DNA from: Phoronis australis
Taxonomy: Eukaryota > Animalia > Phoronida
Assembly (NCBI GenBank): GCA_002633005.1
Contig: NMRA01000452.1
Location: 30,767-94,766, forward strand
DNA length: 64,000 nt
Direction of reading: 5' to 3'
The notes under the pieces were generated by a model that made no database searches, had not been told where the DNA came from, and saw only the letters and a list, made by a program, of their open reading frames with translations. A program made the position numbers and the translations under genes. Positions 60,546-64,000 of this stretch are shown here, piece after piece. Position 1 is the first letter of the stretch. Every line of letters begins with the position of its first letter.

Positions 60546-62044
60546 TCAAATATCAGACTTCCTGTCCAACAAACAAACCTTACCAATGTCTCTCAGAAAA
60601 GAACCCATATTTGTCCTAATTCTAACCTTACGATTCTCACCATGAACATCAGGGAATGTTTCTTCAACAACACCCATAGGCCAGTTACCACGCGAGACAT
60701 TATCGTCAACAATCAGAACAATATCACCCTCAGCAATATTAGCACGAGGAGATAATCATTTTTGACGTTCCTGCATAGAGGGCAAATACTCACTGCTTTT
60801 GAGCATAACTCATACTACTCGGAATCGACAAAGGTTTACAACAGTTCAGTCGTTGCAAAATCAACTTGTTAGGTGTCAATACCTCAGGATCATTAAGATC
60901 ATCACTAATAACAGTTAATGGACGATCGTTGAGACTCTTCTCAACCTCGGCCATAAACGTAACCAGAAACTCATCACTGATAATCTGTTCCTTCATAAGA
61001 GCGAGAAAAATCTTACGAATTGACCGAATCATCAGTTCCCACACTCCACCTGTATGACTAGCTGCAGGTGGATTGAAATTCCACTGAAAAGCACGCTTTA
61101 ACAAATAATCATTAACCTTATCCTGATTCATTAGTGCAATCTCACGCTTAAGCTCCGCATCTGCACCTCTGAAATTGGTACCGTCATCACTGTAGATAAT
61201 CTCAGGCAAACTACTAGGACTGATAAATCTAGTCAGTGCACACAAGAAGGTATCAGTACTCAAACTATGACAAACTTCAATATGCACAGCTCTCAAACTC
61301 AAATCAGTGAAAATACAACCAAAACGCTTAACTCTAACCCTTCCAACCTTCACCATAAAAGGACCAAAATAGTCTATACCAATATATGCAAATGGTGGCT
61401 TAAACGGTGACACTCTATCCTTAGGCAAAGAACCCATAATCTCTTCACCAGGACGTGCATTACGTTTGCGACAATCAAAACATTTGCCAACAACGCGTTT
61501 AACTGCAGAAGGGCCTTGCAAAATCCAAAACTTCTGCCTAATCATTAGGCAGCCAATGACCTTCCTGTTCATGATAGAAGGAAATGACAAGATCAGTTAC
61601 ATAATGCTTATTCGGCAAAATCACAGGATGTCTAGCATCAAAACACACATCAGCATTTTCAATACGACCACCCACGCGTAATATACCTTCTACCAAGATA
61701 GGATTCAGTTTACGCAGGGAACTAGATCTACCAATAAGCTTGTTCAATCGTTTAACCTGTCGGTGCTGAACATCACCAGACTCAACATTCAACAACTGGG
61801 ACAACTCTTGAGAAAATACCTGTGATTGTACATGCTTAACAATGATCTCAGAAGCCCTCCGGATTTCAGAAATCTTAAGGTAGCCAGAAGGACAATCACT
61901 GTCCTTCGTACCAGTACAGCGGAGATACATCTTAAAACGCAATAACCAAGCAAAACGTTTCAACAGCTTGTACCACGATGAATAACTCTTAAACAATCGA
62001 TCTAGAGGATGATCACCAGCACGATCAACACCAGTAGAAAACAT
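60546..62044 (-). mobile_element. BEL/Pao LTR-retrotransposon pol fragment (integrase + C-terminal domain), degenerate
   Basis: LNPILVEGILRVGGRIENA...HPVILP; C..C; GIDYFGPF; RAVHIE; SD.GTNF; FNPPAASHTGGVWE; LNDRPL; GDIVLIVDDN...WPMG; frameshifts, a stop and a deletion. Confidence 0.95.
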
Positions 62045-63435
62045 GTGATGATATACTAGAGCCTTCTAGAATGTTCTCAGGTATTCTGTTGTAAACAGAT
62101 TATATAATCGGCCTTACATGACTAAATCGAGTCATTCGCCATCTCTTCCTGACGCTTTTGGATCTTGGTTGTTGGTGATTTTCTTTTTGATGTGGAATAG
62201 CCTGACCTCCTGCCTATGACTGTTAGGCACATATTGCAACCTTGAATTCTGTAAATAAATGTTAATAACAGCAATGTTGTCACACTGCCGTTTGCCAGTT
62301 GTCTGACCTTCTTCAAATCTCCGGAAACAATGGGTGCGCATTCCAGAATCGAGATCTATGTGGAAATTCAATAGTCGAGTTAGAAGGGCAGGGACGCGAT
62401 GATGCTAGAAAAAGATATGAACGAGATTGGGCTAAAACGAGACACGGACCCGATAGTGCTAGAAAGAGTCACGGACGCGATAAGACCTTGTTGTTTGCGG
62501 CATGGTTCCAGGTGGATGCTGTCAAAACTTAGGCGCTTCTGTAGTGCAGTTGGACATGAAACCACACGATCTATAAAAAGCCTCATTAAATGTCTCAAGT
62601 TAGGAACAAAAATCTGTTGCATGTACTTTGAATAATCGGGTGTACTAGTAAACAAAAACACAAAATGCCAGCTCACCATTTCAAGGCTGTTTGATTTTCT
62701 CTGGCGATCTGTCTTAAAAATCTTGGCATTTTGATCAAATGCAAGGGAGCTTTTTCCATTCGCAAACTAGAACATTTAAAATTCTCCGCTCTCATCTTTT
62801 TCATGCATCTTCCTTGAATGTAATATAAAATACAAGCGTTTTTGTTTTCTGCTCGTGATTGAAATGAAGTTTGGAAATTCATGCGCGTTAGTCGAACAAC
62901 CGCGATGAGAAGACTGAGGTTTTATGCGTGCAACTTACCAACTGCCACTGCCTTCGTCCTTAGCAAGTTCTTCATTTGGCGCGTTTCATTCGTTTATGGA
63001 ACAAGTGTTAACATTTTGGTATCTTTTCATTTTGCTGTCTGCTCTGGTGATCATTGGAACTCGCACTCTTCAGCAACACGGAAACTTGAGTTTACTCTCA
63101 TCATTTTATTTGCACTCTGTTTCAGCTCTTAAGTAGTGTACACTGTGTGCCGGGTGGAGGTTTTATTTAAAATAATTTTGAAGATCGTGTTCATGTTCGA
63201 GTATATGCAATACACACTTCTTACATGTGTGTTAATGGTAGCGCGAATAGTCCACAGGAGACAAAATATCGAGTTTTGTGTTAATCCGTTCTTGAAACTT
63301 TTGGCCCATTCTACTGCCTGTCCATTATTCATTAATCCCGCAAATGTTGTGAAGAGAGAACATGCAGGGTGTCATAGAAATGATGGACTCCTGAGGCGCA
63401 ACTTGGTGATGGCTGTCGATTAGGCGACAGACGAA
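62043..63435. repeat. Segmental duplication, copy 2 of 34318-35714
   Basis: Near-identical colinear sequence. Confidence 0.95.
63325..63435 (-). pseudogene. 3' fragment of a second annexin copy, cut off by a repeat
   Basis: FVCRLIDSHHQVAPQESIISMTPCMFSLHNICGINE*; homology stops at 63435. Confidence 0.8.
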
Positions 63436-64000
63436 ACTATGTAGAGGACGGTTGACGATGATTTTCCGACGATTTCGACTACTGTGGCGCCTCCTAGTGG
63501 CAGTTTTGTTTGTTTTGCGCCTATGGCTGTATCTCCTAAACCGTTCGCAGGATCTTTACGAAATTCTGTAAGTGTATTTATATGATGTTAACAACAGAAG
63601 ATGACGACTTTTGGACAGATCCGACTACCAGTGTGCCCCCTAGTGGCAATTTTATTTTTTTACGTTTACCTTTGTATCTTCAAAAGTCCTAAGCGGATTT
63701 TCATGAAATTTGGTATGTAGGCACCTATTAGTGCGATGATGCTATCGTCCCGTTTTCGGATGGATTCGACCTAGTTTGCGACACGCAGTAGCCATTTTTA
63801 CTGTTTTTGAGTCTGTTTTTTGGCGTCCACTCCTCTATCAATCAAACTGCTCGAAGTATGATTGTGAAAATTGGGCATGTATGTTCTTACTATGAAGAAG
63901 ACAGTTGACGCTGAATTTCCCATGACTTTGATTACTGTGGCGCCTCCTAGTGGCAGTTGTTTTTTGCGCCCATGGTTGTATCTCCCAAACCGTTTGCAGG
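63436..64000 (+). mobile_element. HINE-like repeat with a unit of about 455 bp, running off the window
   Basis: actgtggcgcctcctagtggcag at about 63481 and 63934; similar to 12150-12715. Confidence 0.65.

Overview
Eukaryotic, AT-rich, intron- and transposon-rich DNA that looks like an invertebrate animal; the species cannot be determined from sequence. Bases 1-32964 (+) hold the 3' part of a large type-I membrane multi-C-type-lectin receptor of the mannose-receptor-like kind. I traced 30 GT-AG exons by hand, all phase-compatible, giving about 1588 aa. They encode ten CTLDs arranged as two copies of a five-domain block, a ShKT toxin-like domain on its own symmetric exon, a TM helix and a tail with two NxxY endocytosis motifs. 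Downstream on the minus strand are an intronless, degenerate annexin, two paralogous intronless class-A GPCRs and a second, interrupted annexin copy. Mobile DNA includes a Penelope-like fragment with inverted pLTRs carrying hammerhead cores, a BEL/Pao integrase fragment, a probable solo LTR with heat-shock elements, MITEs, Helentron-like elements and many minisatellites. Most short ORFs in the supplied track are spurious. All alignments were done by eye.
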